A program made the translations under genes and the position numbers. From an uncultured Lentisphaerota bacterium (GTDB lineage: Bacteria > Verrucomicrobiota > Kiritimatiellia > CAIQIC01): DNA of 64,000 bases. The notes under the pieces were generated by a model. The model saw only the letters and a program-made list of their open reading frames with translations. It searched no databases and was not told the origin of the DNA. Shown piece by piece: positions 1 through 9,929 of this stretch (positions are counted from its first letter, which is position 1; every line of letters starts with the position of its first letter). The stretch spans positions 262-64,261 of the forward strand of contig CAIWHP010000191.1 in NCBI GenBank assembly GCA_903912445.1, read 5' to 3'.

Positions 1-654
1 CTCCCGATCCTGCGCGTCCAGTCTGCGGCCATCGCGGACAGCGCAAGGCGCTGGATCTGCGGCGTGCGGGACACTGGGCGGTTTGCCGTCTCGTTCTGCG
101 CTACACACGCCTGCGCCGCCAAAGCGTCCGACACCCGCTTACTCTGCGCGTGGCCTTGCACGCTGTCGTGTAGCGAAGAACTACACCACAGCGCGCACCG
201 CGCAGACGACTCGGGGCTAAACGCTTTCGCGGCGAACGCGACCGCCCCTCGCGCTGCGCGGACGGCCACGCTGGTGCCGCTGCTACGCCGTGGGGCTGGC
301 TGTTTTCCCGTCGAAAACAGAAACGCCCCACGGCTGGGCGCGGCAACGTGCGGGAGTCGGCCGTTTGGCGTCTTGGCTCGCTCCGCGCAGCCCGTTCCGG
401 CGCACCGCCCAGAGACCCTTCCGCCGCATCCGGCCGCCGCCGCAGACCGTGCATCGCGCAACGCTCCAGCACGGACTGCTTTCCCGGCGGCCAAATAGGG
501 GACAACCCCACACCCGTTTTCCCCTCTGCTGCGCATTCACACCTTTCCCCATAGCTGCTTCGCCACGGCTCAGTTCTGCCCGGCAGAACGTCGCCGGGTC
601 ATGGCGGCTGCTGTCGCACCCGCCCCGCCAGCCCCTATTTCAGAGCGCGACTCG

Positions 655-940
655 GTACGTTTGGGACGGGTAAAAGTCACTCGATCCAAAACCGCTCTCG
701 GCCTACCGTTTTCTTGGCTGAGTCAGTTTTAGGCGTCCCAACCGTCCCAAGATTTACGGCGGAGTAAAAGTTGGGACGCTTGGGACGGGTGTTTTCTTCC
801 CTTACGTATGGTCATGAAATCATCACTAATATAAAAGAGTTTGTTTCCCCCGTCCCAAGCGTCCCACGGAGGAAACTGACCACCACTTTCCAACCGACTT
901 GGTTTTAGGCGTCCCAAGCGTCCCGCGGAATTTTCCGAAC
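655..940. repeat. Cluster of iteron-like direct and inverted repeats (core CGTCCCAAGCGTCCCA / TTGGGACGCTTGGGACG, plus TTTTAGGCGTCCCAA and TTGGGACGGGT copies) in a locally AT-rich non-coding segment
   Basis: Read directly: the forward copy 'gcgtcccaaccgtcccaag' (~750) faces the inverted copy 'ttgggacgcttgggacgg' (~772). Further forward copies lie at ~850 ('cgtcccaagcgtcccac') and ~905 ('ttttaggcgtcccaagcgtcccg'). 'ttgggacgggt' occurs at ~660 and ~779, and 'ttttaggcgtcccaa' at ~757 and ~905. A run 'ttacgtatggtcatgaaatcatcactaatataaaagag' is locally AT-rich. No ORF with coding character covers the segment. Confidence 0.6.
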
Positions 941-1247
941 GATCTGGAATGTCGCCACGACCTTGCCGTAGGGCTGTCAGCATTCCTTAAAAAATCAGCC
1001 CCGATTTTCCTAAGGAACTGAGCACCTTTTCGACCCCTGACGCAAAATCCATATCATGGTAGCCATCCGCATGGCTCTTTTGCTGGCGAGCCGGCCAGAG
1101 GCCTTGCCGGGGCTTTTAGCGATGAACTTCTGTCTGGATCATCCGGTTGCCAACCACGGCGAGAAGGCCGAACATTTGAATGGCATCGTCGCCCATTCCG
1201 AGCCCACGGGGAGACGTTCACGCCCCCCTGTGAGAGTCACACCGGGA

Positions 1248-1349
1248 GAGACACACACTCACACGCCTATCTATATATAGGCGGTGTGAGGGTGTCTCGT
1301 GTCGGGACTTTCATGACATTCACGGCAGACTTTCACGGCCGTGAAAGTC
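1248..1349. promoter_or_regulatory. Two long palindromes: a ~51-bp imperfect palindrome centred on CTATATATAG (1248-1298) and a perfect 22-bp palindrome GACTTTCACGGCCGTGAAAGTC (1328-1349), about 120 bp upstream of the DUF5681-like gene. Candidate operator or origin-like site.
   Basis: Read directly: 'gagacacacactcacacgcctatctatatataggcggtgtgagggtgtctc' and 'gactttcacggccgtgaaagtc'. 'gactttca' and 'ttcacgg' also recur as direct repeats at 1306-1338. Confidence 0.55.
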
Positions 1350-1465
1350 TCGGACCGTTCTCGTGCTTGCCGTCTAAATCAGTGAAGGCGCTCCGTGATC
1401 GATGCGAACACAGCATTCAAGCAGCCTGCAGGTTGCTTTCTCCTGAGCTGTGTCATAATCAGGGC

Positions 1466-1870
1466 ATGAATGATTCTGCTAACAACTGCACACCGCAGAC
1501 GCGACCGTGGTTGTTCAAGCCTGGCGAGTCGGGCAATCCGGCCGGTGGCCGTAAGGGTCCGCTCGGCCGTGGCCGCGCCTTGATGGTTCTGGATACGATG
1601 CTGGCCGACGAAACAAATCTCGCCAAACTGCGCGAGGCACTCCAGGTCTATTTCGACAAGAGCCCCGTTCGCTTTTTCCGCCAGATCATCATGCCTCTGA
1701 TGCCGCGCGATTTGACGCTCAAATTCGGCGAAGAGGGTGTTGTCCAATGGACTTCGATCCTGCAAGCCTTCCCTGTGGCGCCCCAAGGCGACGCGAGTCG
1801 GCCGTCGACCGCGCTGACGAAGCCGGCGGAGAAAACGCTACATTTGGACGGAGGATCAAAAGTCCTTTGA
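1466..1870 (+). CDS. Small phage/plasmid-associated protein with a DUF5681-like motif (WLFKPGESGNPAGGRKG)
   Basis: ORF-track frame 1286..1870; the internal Met at 1466 (MNDSANN...) sits just before the conserved 'F-K-P-G-x-S-G-N-P-x-G-R-x-K-G' motif that I recall from phage-related DUF5681 proteins. It lies next to palindromes and a tRNA fragment. The true start is uncertain. Confidence 0.45.
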   Translation: MNDSANNCTPQTRPWLFKPGESGNPAGGRKGPLGRGRALMVLDTMLADETNLAKLREALQVYFDKSPVRFFRQIIMPLMPRDLTLKFGEEGVVQWTSILQAFPVAPQGDASRPSTALTKPAEKTLHLDGGSKVL

Positions 1871-2020
1871 GGCGTCCTTTTGGGCGGCTTTGGAGCAACT
1901 ATTTTAGACCCGAAATTGGTGGTCAAAAACATGCTACATGCTTTGCTACCATCCTGAGCGTTTCTTGCGGTTTACACGTGTTGCAACCCCTTGAAAATAC
2001 AGTGTTTTTGCATATCTTGA

Positions 2021-2064
2021 GCGATTATGAGTCCTCCGCTCTGACCAACTGAGCTACAGGCCCC
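2021..2064 (-). tRNA. Truncated tRNA: 5' half only (acceptor stem, D-arm, anticodon stem-loop with CAU), lacking T-arm and 3' acceptor. Likely an attachment-site remnant.
   Basis: The reverse complement reads GGGGCCTGTAGCTCAGTTGGTCAGAGCGGAGGACTCATAATC, a canonical tRNA 5' end with a 'TAGCTCAGTTGGTCAGAGC' D-arm and a CTCATAA anticodon loop. The downstream sequence has no pairing 3' anticodon-stem strand and no T-Psi-C arm. The surrounding ~200 bp is AT-rich. Confidence 0.55.
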
Positions 2065-2167
2065 TTGTTGTGGGCGGTCCACCGCGCAACGCGCCGAATT
2101 ATGGCAGCACGGGCGAGGCGTGGCAAGGGCGGGCGTGGCTGCGGCTGCGCGGGGTGCGTTGGGGAGC

Positions 2168-3946
2168 TCACTCGGCGACGGCCGGCGCGGCCTCGGGCGT
2201 GTCGCGGAACTGGAGGTCGTAGAGGCGCTTGTAGGTGCCGCCGAGGGCGAGCAGCTCGGCGTGCGTGCCGGTCTCGACGATGCGGCCGGCGTCGAGCACG
2301 ATGATCCGGTCGGCGTGCATGATCGTCGAGAGGCGGTGCGCGATGGCAAGGACGGTGCGGTGCGCCATGAGCTCGTCGAGCGCGGCCTGCACGGCGCGCT
2401 CGCTCTCGGTGTCGAGCGCGCTGGTGGCCTCGTCGAGCACGAGGATCGGCGGGTTGCGCAGGATCGCGCGGGCGATGGCGAGGCGCTGGCGCTGGCCGCC
2501 GGAGAGGCGCACGCCGCGCTCGCCGATGACCGTGTCGTAGCCCTCGGGCATCTCGCCGATGAAGTCGTGGGCGTGCGCGCGCCGGGCGGCCGCGATGATC
2601 GCGGCGCGGTCGGTGTCCGCGGTGCCGTAGGCGATGTTGTTGGCCACGGTGTCGTTGAAGAGGATCGTCTCCTGCGTCACCATGCCGATCTGCTGGCGGA
2701 GCGAGGACTGCGAGAGGTCGCGCAGGTCCAGGTCGTTGAGCAGGATCCGGCCGGCGGTCACGTCGTAGAAGCGCGGGACGAGGCTGACGAGCGTGGACTT
2801 GCCCGCGCCGCTGCTGCCGACGAAGGCGTAGCACTGGCCGGCCTTGACCTCGAAGCTGACGTCCTGCAGCACCGGCTCGTTGGGGTCGTAGGCGAAGCCG
2901 ACCTGCTCGAACGCGATGCGCTGCACCGGCCCGCTGAAGGCGATCGCGTTGGCGCGGTCGGTGACGCCGATGGGCGTATCGAGGAGCTCGAAGATGCGGT
3001 CGGCCGCGGCGGAGCTTTGCTGGATGGCGAGGTGCAACTTGCTGAGCTTCTTGACCGGCTGGTACATGATCAGCATCGCCAGCACGAACGTCAGAAAGTC
3101 GGCGCCGGGCATGTGCGTCCACTGCTTATAGAAGAGGACGAACGCGATGCCGATGGTCGAGAGGAAGACGATGATCGGCTCGATGGAGGCGTTGGCGCGC
3201 GTGACCTTCATGGCGCGCGAGAAGGTGGCTTTGGCCTCTTCGTTGAAGCGCTGGCGCTCATAGTTCTCCATGCCGAACGCCTTGACGATGCGCATGCCGG
3301 ACAGCGCCTCCTGCAGGACGGCGGCGAGATTGGCGAGGCGCGCCTGGCCGTCGCGGGCGGCGCGGCGGACCTTGCGGCCGAAATAGGCCACCGGCAGGAT
3401 GCAGATGGGGAACACCACGAGGGAAAACAGCGCCAGCTGCCAGTTCAGCCAGAGGATGTAGCCGACGCCGCCGATCAGCACGAACGGCTCGCGGATCAGG
3501 TCGCCGATGAACGTGCTGACCGCGTTCTCGATCATCATCGTGTCGTTGGTGATGCGGCTCATCAACTCGCCGCTGCGGCTGCGGCTGAAGTAGCCCATCG
3601 AGAGCTTGAGCGTGTGGTCGAAAAGCTTCTCGCGCATGTCGCGGACGACGCGCTTGCCGACCCACTCGATCATGTAGCGGCTGGCGAAGTCGCCGAGGCC
3701 GCGCAGCGCCGCGAGCACGGGCAGCAGCAGCGCGATCCAGAGGAGGTATTTCCACGGCAGGTCGGCCTGCTCGAAGAAGTTGCTGAAATTCTTCTGGATC
3801 GCCGGCAGCAGGCCGGTGGTCGAGCCGCCGAAGAGGATGCCGAAAAACGTGCCGAGCGCCAGCCGCGACTTGTAAGGCTTCGCATAGCTGAACAGCCGCA
3901 GCCAGACGGCGCGCTTGACGGGAGCGGGTGGAAGGGTGGGCTTCAT
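2168..3946 (-). CDS. msbA: ABC transporter, fused permease/ATP-binding protein (MsbA-like lipid exporter family)
   Basis: 592-aa ORF with six N-terminal TM segments followed by Walker A (GSSGAGKST), ABC signature (LSGGQRQRLAIARA), Walker B (ILVLDEATSALD) and an H-loop (AHRLST). This architecture is typical of MsbA-type exporters. Confidence 0.88.
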   Translation of the reverse strand: MKPTLPPAPVKRAVWLRLFSYAKPYKSRLALGTFFGILFGGSTTGLLPAIQKNFSNFFEQADLPWKYLLWIALLLPVLAALRGLGDFASRYMIEWVGKRVVRDMREKLFDHTLKLSMGYFSRSRSGELMSRITNDTMMIENAVSTFIGDLIREPFVLIGGVGYILWLNWQLALFSLVVFPICILPVAYFGRKVRRAARDGQARLANLAAVLQEALSGMRIVKAFGMENYERQRFNEEAKATFSRAMKVTRANASIEPIIVFLSTIGIAFVLFYKQWTHMPGADFLTFVLAMLIMYQPVKKLSKLHLAIQQSSAAADRIFELLDTPIGVTDRANAIAFSGPVQRIAFEQVGFAYDPNEPVLQDVSFEVKAGQCYAFVGSSGAGKSTLVSLVPRFYDVTAGRILLNDLDLRDLSQSSLRQQIGMVTQETILFNDTVANNIAYGTADTDRAAIIAAARRAHAHDFIGEMPEGYDTVIGERGVRLSGGQRQRLAIARAILRNPPILVLDEATSALDTESERAVQAALDELMAHRTVLAIAHRLSTIMHADRIIVLDAGRIVETGTHAELLALGGTYKRLYDLQFRDTPEAAPAVAE

Positions 3947-4413
3947 GCCGGGTCCGGCTTTCCGCCCTGTGCAGCCTGCGGGGGGAGGCGCTTCAGGTAT
4001 GCCACATCCTGTAAATCTTGCGGCCGGCCGGCGCGTTGCTTGGACGCGATCAGGTCGTCCAGGCCCAAGCAGCGCGTCGGAGTACCGTTTTCCGTGGCGT
4101 ACTCTTGCGCATGTTGCTCCGCGAGGTCAAAAGGCGGCAGCCCCGGGCCACCCAGATGAAATTGGATGACGCCCCATTGGGTCTGATAAGTTTGGATGGA
4201 GTTCTCGCCGCGCGGCCCTAACGGATCAAGCGGGCAGTCGAGTTCGTCGCCCAGCGCGGCTTCGATACGGCGTAGATTATCCACATCGCGGGGCGGAATA
4301 TAAAAATCCCAATCCATGGAAAAACGCGGCAACCCCGCGAGCCGGACAGCCTGTCCGCCAATCAAGAGGTAGCGCACGTGCCGGGTGGCAAAGCGCTGGA
4401 TCACTTCGTCCAT
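3943..4413 (-). CDS. Minimal nucleotidyltransferase (Pol-beta superfamily)-like protein. Its stop overlaps the msbA start.
   Basis: Internal Met (MDEVIQRF...) of ORF 3943..4461. It carries 'YLLIGGQAVRLAGLPRFSMDWDFYI', which matches the hG[GS]-x(9-13)-DhD nucleotidyltransferase pattern. The C-terminal 'LGLDDLIASKQRAGRPQDLQDVAYL' recurs in small NTase proteins. There is a 4-nt overlap with msbA and a 13-nt overlap with the upstream small ORF. Confidence 0.45.
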   Translation of the reverse strand: MDEVIQRFATRHVRYLLIGGQAVRLAGLPRFSMDWDFYIPPRDVDNLRRIEAALGDELDCPLDPLGPRGENSIQTYQTQWGVIQFHLGGPGLPPFDLAEQHAQEYATENGTPTRCLGLDDLIASKQRAGRPQDLQDVAYLKRLPPQAAQGGKPDPA

Positions 4414-4595
4414 TGCGCGCCTCCCCTGGCCACCAGTTCGGCCAGCAAGGCTTGCTTCCACGTGTTCAGTTCCTCGTAGGAGCTGAATTTACGGTGTCCG
4501 AAACGCGGCAGATTGGCCAGCCGGGGCAAAGCCGTGGCCCGGGGCTTGGCCGCCCAAAAATCCAGCTTGGCGTTTATGTCATCCGTGCGTTTCAT
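4401..4595 (-). CDS. Small hypothetical protein (64 aa), translationally coupled to the downstream nucleotidyltransferase-like gene
   Basis: ORF 4401..4595 (MKRTDDINAKLDFWAAKP...) overlaps the NTase start by 13 nt and lies in the same orientation. I recognise no domain, so support is weak. Confidence 0.3.
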   Translation of the reverse strand: MKRTDDINAKLDFWAAKPRATALPRLANLPRFGHRKFSSYEELNTWKQALLAELVARGGAQWTK

Positions 4596-4722
4596 GGGAC
4601 GAAATTCCGTGGCCGGAGATTAGCACACTGGCTTCTCACGTAAAGCGCGACATTCGCGTCGCGCAGCCGTGCATTTTGCTGCGCCCGCCCTCTTGCCCTT
4701 CAGGGGAGCGGGGCGGGGTGCG

Positions 4723-6133
<1,411 letters not shown>

Positions 6134-6192
6134 GGCGCCCGGGGTGGGCCCGGCAGCGGGGTGCGGTCCCCGCCACGCTCAAGGGAACAGCC

Positions 6193-7176
6193 ATGAAGCC
6201 TCTCTGTATCGCGTTGGCCATGGCTCTGTCGGCCGGCGTCATGCTGCGTGCTGCCGAAACGGGCGCCGAGCTGATGACCGTCACCAACGAGAAGGGCGCC
6301 GTGCAGATTCTGGCGCCCACCTTCAAAGACGTCGCGTATGGCAAGCATCCGAAACAGGTGCTCCATCTCTGGCAGGCCCGCTCCGACAAGCCGGCGCCGC
6401 TGTTGGTCTTCATCCACGGCGGCAGCTGGACCGGCGGCAGCCGCACCGACCAGCGCTTCTGCGCCCTGTTGCCGGACCTGCTGAAGGCCGGGATCGCGGT
6501 GGCGTCGGTCGAATACCGCTTCCTTCAGGAGGCGGCCGCCGAGCAGGTGGCGCCGCCGGTGAAGGGATGCCTTCACGATGCCGCCCGCGCGGTGCAGTTC
6601 CTCCGCAGCCAGGCGGGCACCTGGAAGATCGACAAGACGCGCGTCGCGCTGGCGGGCGGCTCGGCGGGGGCGTGTTCGAGCCTCTGGCTGGCCTTCCACG
6701 ACGATCTGGCCGACCCGCAGAGCGCCGAGCCGGTCGCCCGCGAATCAACGCGCGTGTTGGGCGCGGCGGTTGCGATTGCGCAGACCACGCTCGACCCGCG
6801 GCAGATGCGGGAGTGGACGCCGAACAGCATCTATGGGGCGCACGCCTTCGGGCTCACCGGGAAGCGGAACCGGGAGGGCTTCGATGCGTTTCTGGCGCAG
6901 CGCGAACGGCTCCTGCCGTGGATCGCCGAGTTCTCGCCCTATGCGCTGGTGACGAAAGACGATCCCCCGGTCTATCTCTGGTATGGCTCGCCACCCGCGC
7001 TGGGCCAGGACGCGAAGGATCCGACGCACACGGCGAATTTCGGCGTGAAGCTGCAGGAGCATTGCAAGGCAATCGGTGTCGCCTGCGAGTTGAATTATCC
7101 GGGGGCGCCGGGGGTGAAGCATGCGGATGTGCCGGCGTATCTCATCGACCTGCTGAAGGCGGGACCCCGGCCCTGA
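6193..7176 (+). CDS. Secreted alpha/beta-hydrolase (esterase/lipase, carbohydrate-esterase-like)
   Basis: Signal peptide MKPLCIALAMALSAGVMLRAA; HGGSWTGGS oxyanion-hole-like motif; GGSAGA nucleophile elbow (GxSxG). This is the real 3' part of the composite ORF-track entry 4669..7176. Confidence 0.8.
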   Translation: MKPLCIALAMALSAGVMLRAAETGAELMTVTNEKGAVQILAPTFKDVAYGKHPKQVLHLWQARSDKPAPLLVFIHGGSWTGGSRTDQRFCALLPDLLKAGIAVASVEYRFLQEAAAEQVAPPVKGCLHDAARAVQFLRSQAGTWKIDKTRVALAGGSAGACSSLWLAFHDDLADPQSAEPVARESTRVLGAAVAIAQTTLDPRQMREWTPNSIYGAHAFGLTGKRNREGFDAFLAQRERLLPWIAEFSPYALVTKDDPPVYLWYGSPPALGQDAKDPTHTANFGVKLQEHCKAIGVACELNYPGAPGVKHADVPAYLIDLLKAGPRP

Positions 7177-7227
7177 GGGCGTGGGCCGCGTCGTGCTGTT
7201 TCCCGGCCCAGAAATTCTGCGTTACAC

Positions 7228-7275
7228 TTTCCAACCCTTGGAAAAAGCTTGTCGCGCGTTTCCAAGCCTTGGAAA
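7228..7275. promoter_or_regulatory. Two copies of the palindrome TTTCCAA-N3-TTGGAAA (7228-7244 TTTCCAACCCTTGGAAA; 7259-7275 TTTCCAAGCCTTGGAAA), with centres 31 bp apart, ending 10 nt before the ATG at 7285
   Basis: Read directly. Both copies are perfect 7-3-7 palindromes. Confidence 0.7.
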
Positions 7276-7284
7276 CTGTCCCCA

Positions 7285-8922
7285 ATGAACACGCACCTGA
7301 ATCGTCGTCAATTTCTCAGCACCGCGGCGGGCGCGCTCGGCGCGGCCGGCTGCGCGCGGCTGGACCTGGCGCGGCCGGCGCAGCCGCCGTTCCGCGTCCT
7401 CTATTCCAACGACACGACGAACATCCTCACCTGCAACAGCCCGTGGCACAAGAAGGGCGAATCCTTCCGGCCGGAGATGCTCGAGGCGAGCGTGGACGAG
7501 GTGGCCGGCCGGGGCGTGGAGGCGCAGCTGCTGCAGCCGGGCGTCGGCTGGGTGCCGTGGTGGCAGAGCAAGGTCTATCCGCCCGCGGAGCATTATCGCT
7601 GGCTGAAGCAGACCTATGGGGTGGAGCCGGACAGCTTCGGCCGCTATGTCCTCGGCGGCGGCGACCTCGTGCAGCTGTTCATCGCCCGCTGCCGCCGGCG
7701 CGGGCAGGCCGCGTTCATATCGCTCCGCCTCAACGACGGGCACCACAAGGAGTGGGCGCCAGCCAAGCTGGGCGACAAGATCTCGAGCGGCGCCGGGCAG
7801 GGCCTATGCAAATTTTACTGCGCGCATCTGGATTATCGGATCGGGCCGGACTGGAACGACTGGGCGCAGCGCGTGCAGAACTGGGCGATCCCCGAGGTCC
7901 GCGCCTACAAATTCGCCCTGATCCAGGAACTGTGCGAGAACTACGACCTCGACGGCTTCGAGCTGGATTTCATGCGTTTCTACAGCCTCTTCCAGCTCGA
8001 CAAGACCACGCGCGAGCAGCGGTGTGCGATCGTCACCGGCTTCGTGCGGCAGGTGCGCGCGCTGCTCGACCGCACGGCGCGCGGCGGCCGGCGGCGCTGG
8101 CTGTGCGCCCGCGTGCCCTGCTACCTCAGCGCGCTCGATCCGCTGGGCCTCGACCTGCCGGCGCTCGTCGCGGTGGGGCTCGACATGGTCAACGTGTCGG
8201 CCAGCTACTTCACCATCCAGCAGTGCGATTTCGCGGCGATCCGCCGCCAGGTGCCCCAGGCGGCGGTCTATCTGGAGCTGTGCCACTCCATCTGGAACGG
8301 GCAGCGGGTCCGCGCCGGCTACGATGGTTTCCTCTTCCGGCGCGCGACGCCCGCGCAGATGTATACCGCGGCGCACCTGGCCTATGCGCGCGGGGCCGCT
8401 GGCGTGAGCGCCTTCAACTTCGTCTATTACCGCGAGTACGGCGGCCCCGAGCGCGGCCCGTTCGGCGAGCCGCCGTTCGAGGTCTTCGAGCACCTCGGCG
8501 ACCGCGCGTGGCTGGCCCGGCAGCCGCAGCACTATTTTCTGGCGTCGGGGTGGGGTAATCCGTTTGCGAAGCCCAATGTACTGCCGCGCAAATTGAAGGC
8601 GGACCAGCAGACCCTCTTCCCGCTCGACCTCGCGCCGCCGGCGGGCGGCTGGCAACGGGACGGGCGGCTGCGTATCCAGTGCAAGGCCGACCTCGATACG
8701 CAGCGTTTCACGGCGCGGCTCAATGGCATGGAACTCGTGGCGACTGCCGACCTGGCCGAGCATGGCCTGGTGTTTAACCCTGTCCTGCTCGGTACGCCCG
8801 CGACCCTGCGCGGCTGGACCGTGCCGGCGCACCTGCTGCGCGACGGCGTTAACCAGCTCGAAGTGAAGCTGAACGCCGGCACGCCCATCGAAATCGCCTA
8901 CCTCGACGTCGAGTTGGCCTGA
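7285..8922 (+). CDS. Tat-secreted glycoside-hydrolase-like TIM-barrel protein (family unassigned)
   Basis: MNTHLNRRQFLSTAAGALGAAGCA is a twin-arginine signal. The 545-aa body carries 'LDGFELDFMR' and other hydrolase-barrel-like segments. The ORF-track start at 7249 is a TTG inside the palindrome, so the ATG at 7285 is preferred. Confidence 0.55.
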   Translation: MNTHLNRRQFLSTAAGALGAAGCARLDLARPAQPPFRVLYSNDTTNILTCNSPWHKKGESFRPEMLEASVDEVAGRGVEAQLLQPGVGWVPWWQSKVYPPAEHYRWLKQTYGVEPDSFGRYVLGGGDLVQLFIARCRRRGQAAFISLRLNDGHHKEWAPAKLGDKISSGAGQGLCKFYCAHLDYRIGPDWNDWAQRVQNWAIPEVRAYKFALIQELCENYDLDGFELDFMRFYSLFQLDKTTREQRCAIVTGFVRQVRALLDRTARGGRRRWLCARVPCYLSALDPLGLDLPALVAVGLDMVNVSASYFTIQQCDFAAIRRQVPQAAVYLELCHSIWNGQRVRAGYDGFLFRRATPAQMYTAAHLAYARGAAGVSAFNFVYYREYGGPERGPFGEPPFEVFEHLGDRAWLARQPQHYFLASGWGNPFAKPNVLPRKLKADQQTLFPLDLAPPAGGWQRDGRLRIQCKADLDTQRFTARLNGMELVATADLAEHGLVFNPVLLGTPATLRGWTVPAHLLRDGVNQLEVKLNAGTPIEIAYLDVELA

Positions 8923-8963
8923 ACCCCACGCCGACGGGATGCGCTATCCCACCGGCGCCAAGG

Positions 8964-9647
8964 TCATCGACCTAGCAGGCGGTGCAGCACCTTACGCCAT
9001 AACGTGGGCCGCTCGCTCTTAACATAGGGCACCAGATCAGCCCTAAGTGATTTCTGCTTCACCGGCACACAGGTATAGGTTTTTAGATCGGGATGCTGCG
9101 GGGGTCCAGCATAAGGTTTTTTCGCAATCAACATGGAGTCCGCGCAGGTTTCGCTATACCAGCCGGCAGGGTTGCCGCCCGGCGCGCAATTCGTATGTGC
9201 GTGCAAGGTTTCGAAGCTGACGTATCGGGCCAACGCCACCATCCCATCGGAAAAAAACCGATAACAATCCACCGGATAGCGGTGCTCCCCAAACCCCTGG
9301 GGCGCGATCAAGCATAACAGCCCGTCCTTTTTCAGGACCCGCGCCATGTGCGTCATGGTAATCCAAAAAAACTCGATATGCTCAAAGGCTTGTCCTGATA
9401 TTACGATGTCAAATTGATCGGTCGCAATGTTGTCCCAGTCGTAAGGCTTCTCCAAAACTAGGTCAACATTGGGGCCTTTCTCCATGTCCAACCCTGTGTA
9501 TATGTATTTATTCCCAACAAACAGATGTTTGTATGAACCGTTCACGTCGTAACTGCCCACATCGAGCACCGTTACCGCGTCCTTGGCGATTTTGGAGGCG
9601 TATTGATCTATAAACCATTTCATTCTCAGGATGGAACTCTCATGCAT
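8964..9647 (-). CDS. Class I SAM-dependent methyltransferase. Its composition is atypical (AT-richer than the flanks).
   Basis: 'VLDVGSYDVNG' (motif I, GxGxG-like), 'FDIVISGQAFEHI' and 'LKKDGLLCLIAP' are typical Methyltransf_11/23 blocks. The gene is visibly lower in GC than its neighbours. Confidence 0.7.
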   Translation of the reverse strand: MHESSILRMKWFIDQYASKIAKDAVTVLDVGSYDVNGSYKHLFVGNKYIYTGLDMEKGPNVDLVLEKPYDWDNIATDQFDIVISGQAFEHIEFFWITMTHMARVLKKDGLLCLIAPQGFGEHRYPVDCYRFFSDGMVALARYVSFETLHAHTNCAPGGNPAGWYSETCADSMLIAKKPYAGPPQHPDLKTYTCVPVKQKSLRADLVPYVKSERPTLWRKVLHRLLGR

Positions 9648-9929
9648 GGTGATGTTTCCTTTTCAAAGCAGTGAGCTTGGTGCGCATTCAAGTATCCTCG
9701 AATGAGCGTCAGACCCAAATTATGCAGTTCCTGTTTTCTCGTAACACCGGGAGAGTAGAATTTGGGCTCCCGCTTGGGCAAGTGAAAAGCGCCTTGGCCT
9801 GTGTTCGCAGAAGAACCGCCGTCGCGCCCACTGCGGGCTGCTCCCCTCCGGGCCTGGCGTACTTGCGTCCCGCAAGACCCTTGCACGCGTGCTTGATTGC
9901 GGCGGGAGCGGCGGGCTATCATCCGGCGC

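Noticed and set aside
2000-2080. Intact tRNA-Met/Ile gene
   Set aside because: Only the 5' half is present. The 3' anticodon-stem strand does not pair (GAGGA versus TCGCT), and no T-arm or 3' acceptor follows.
2120-4159. 679-aa + strand ORF and the 365-aa - strand ORF 2025..3122 overlapping msbA
   Set aside because: Same artefact. The MsbA frame carries complete Walker A, Walker B and signature motifs; the others have no motifs and low-complexity composition.
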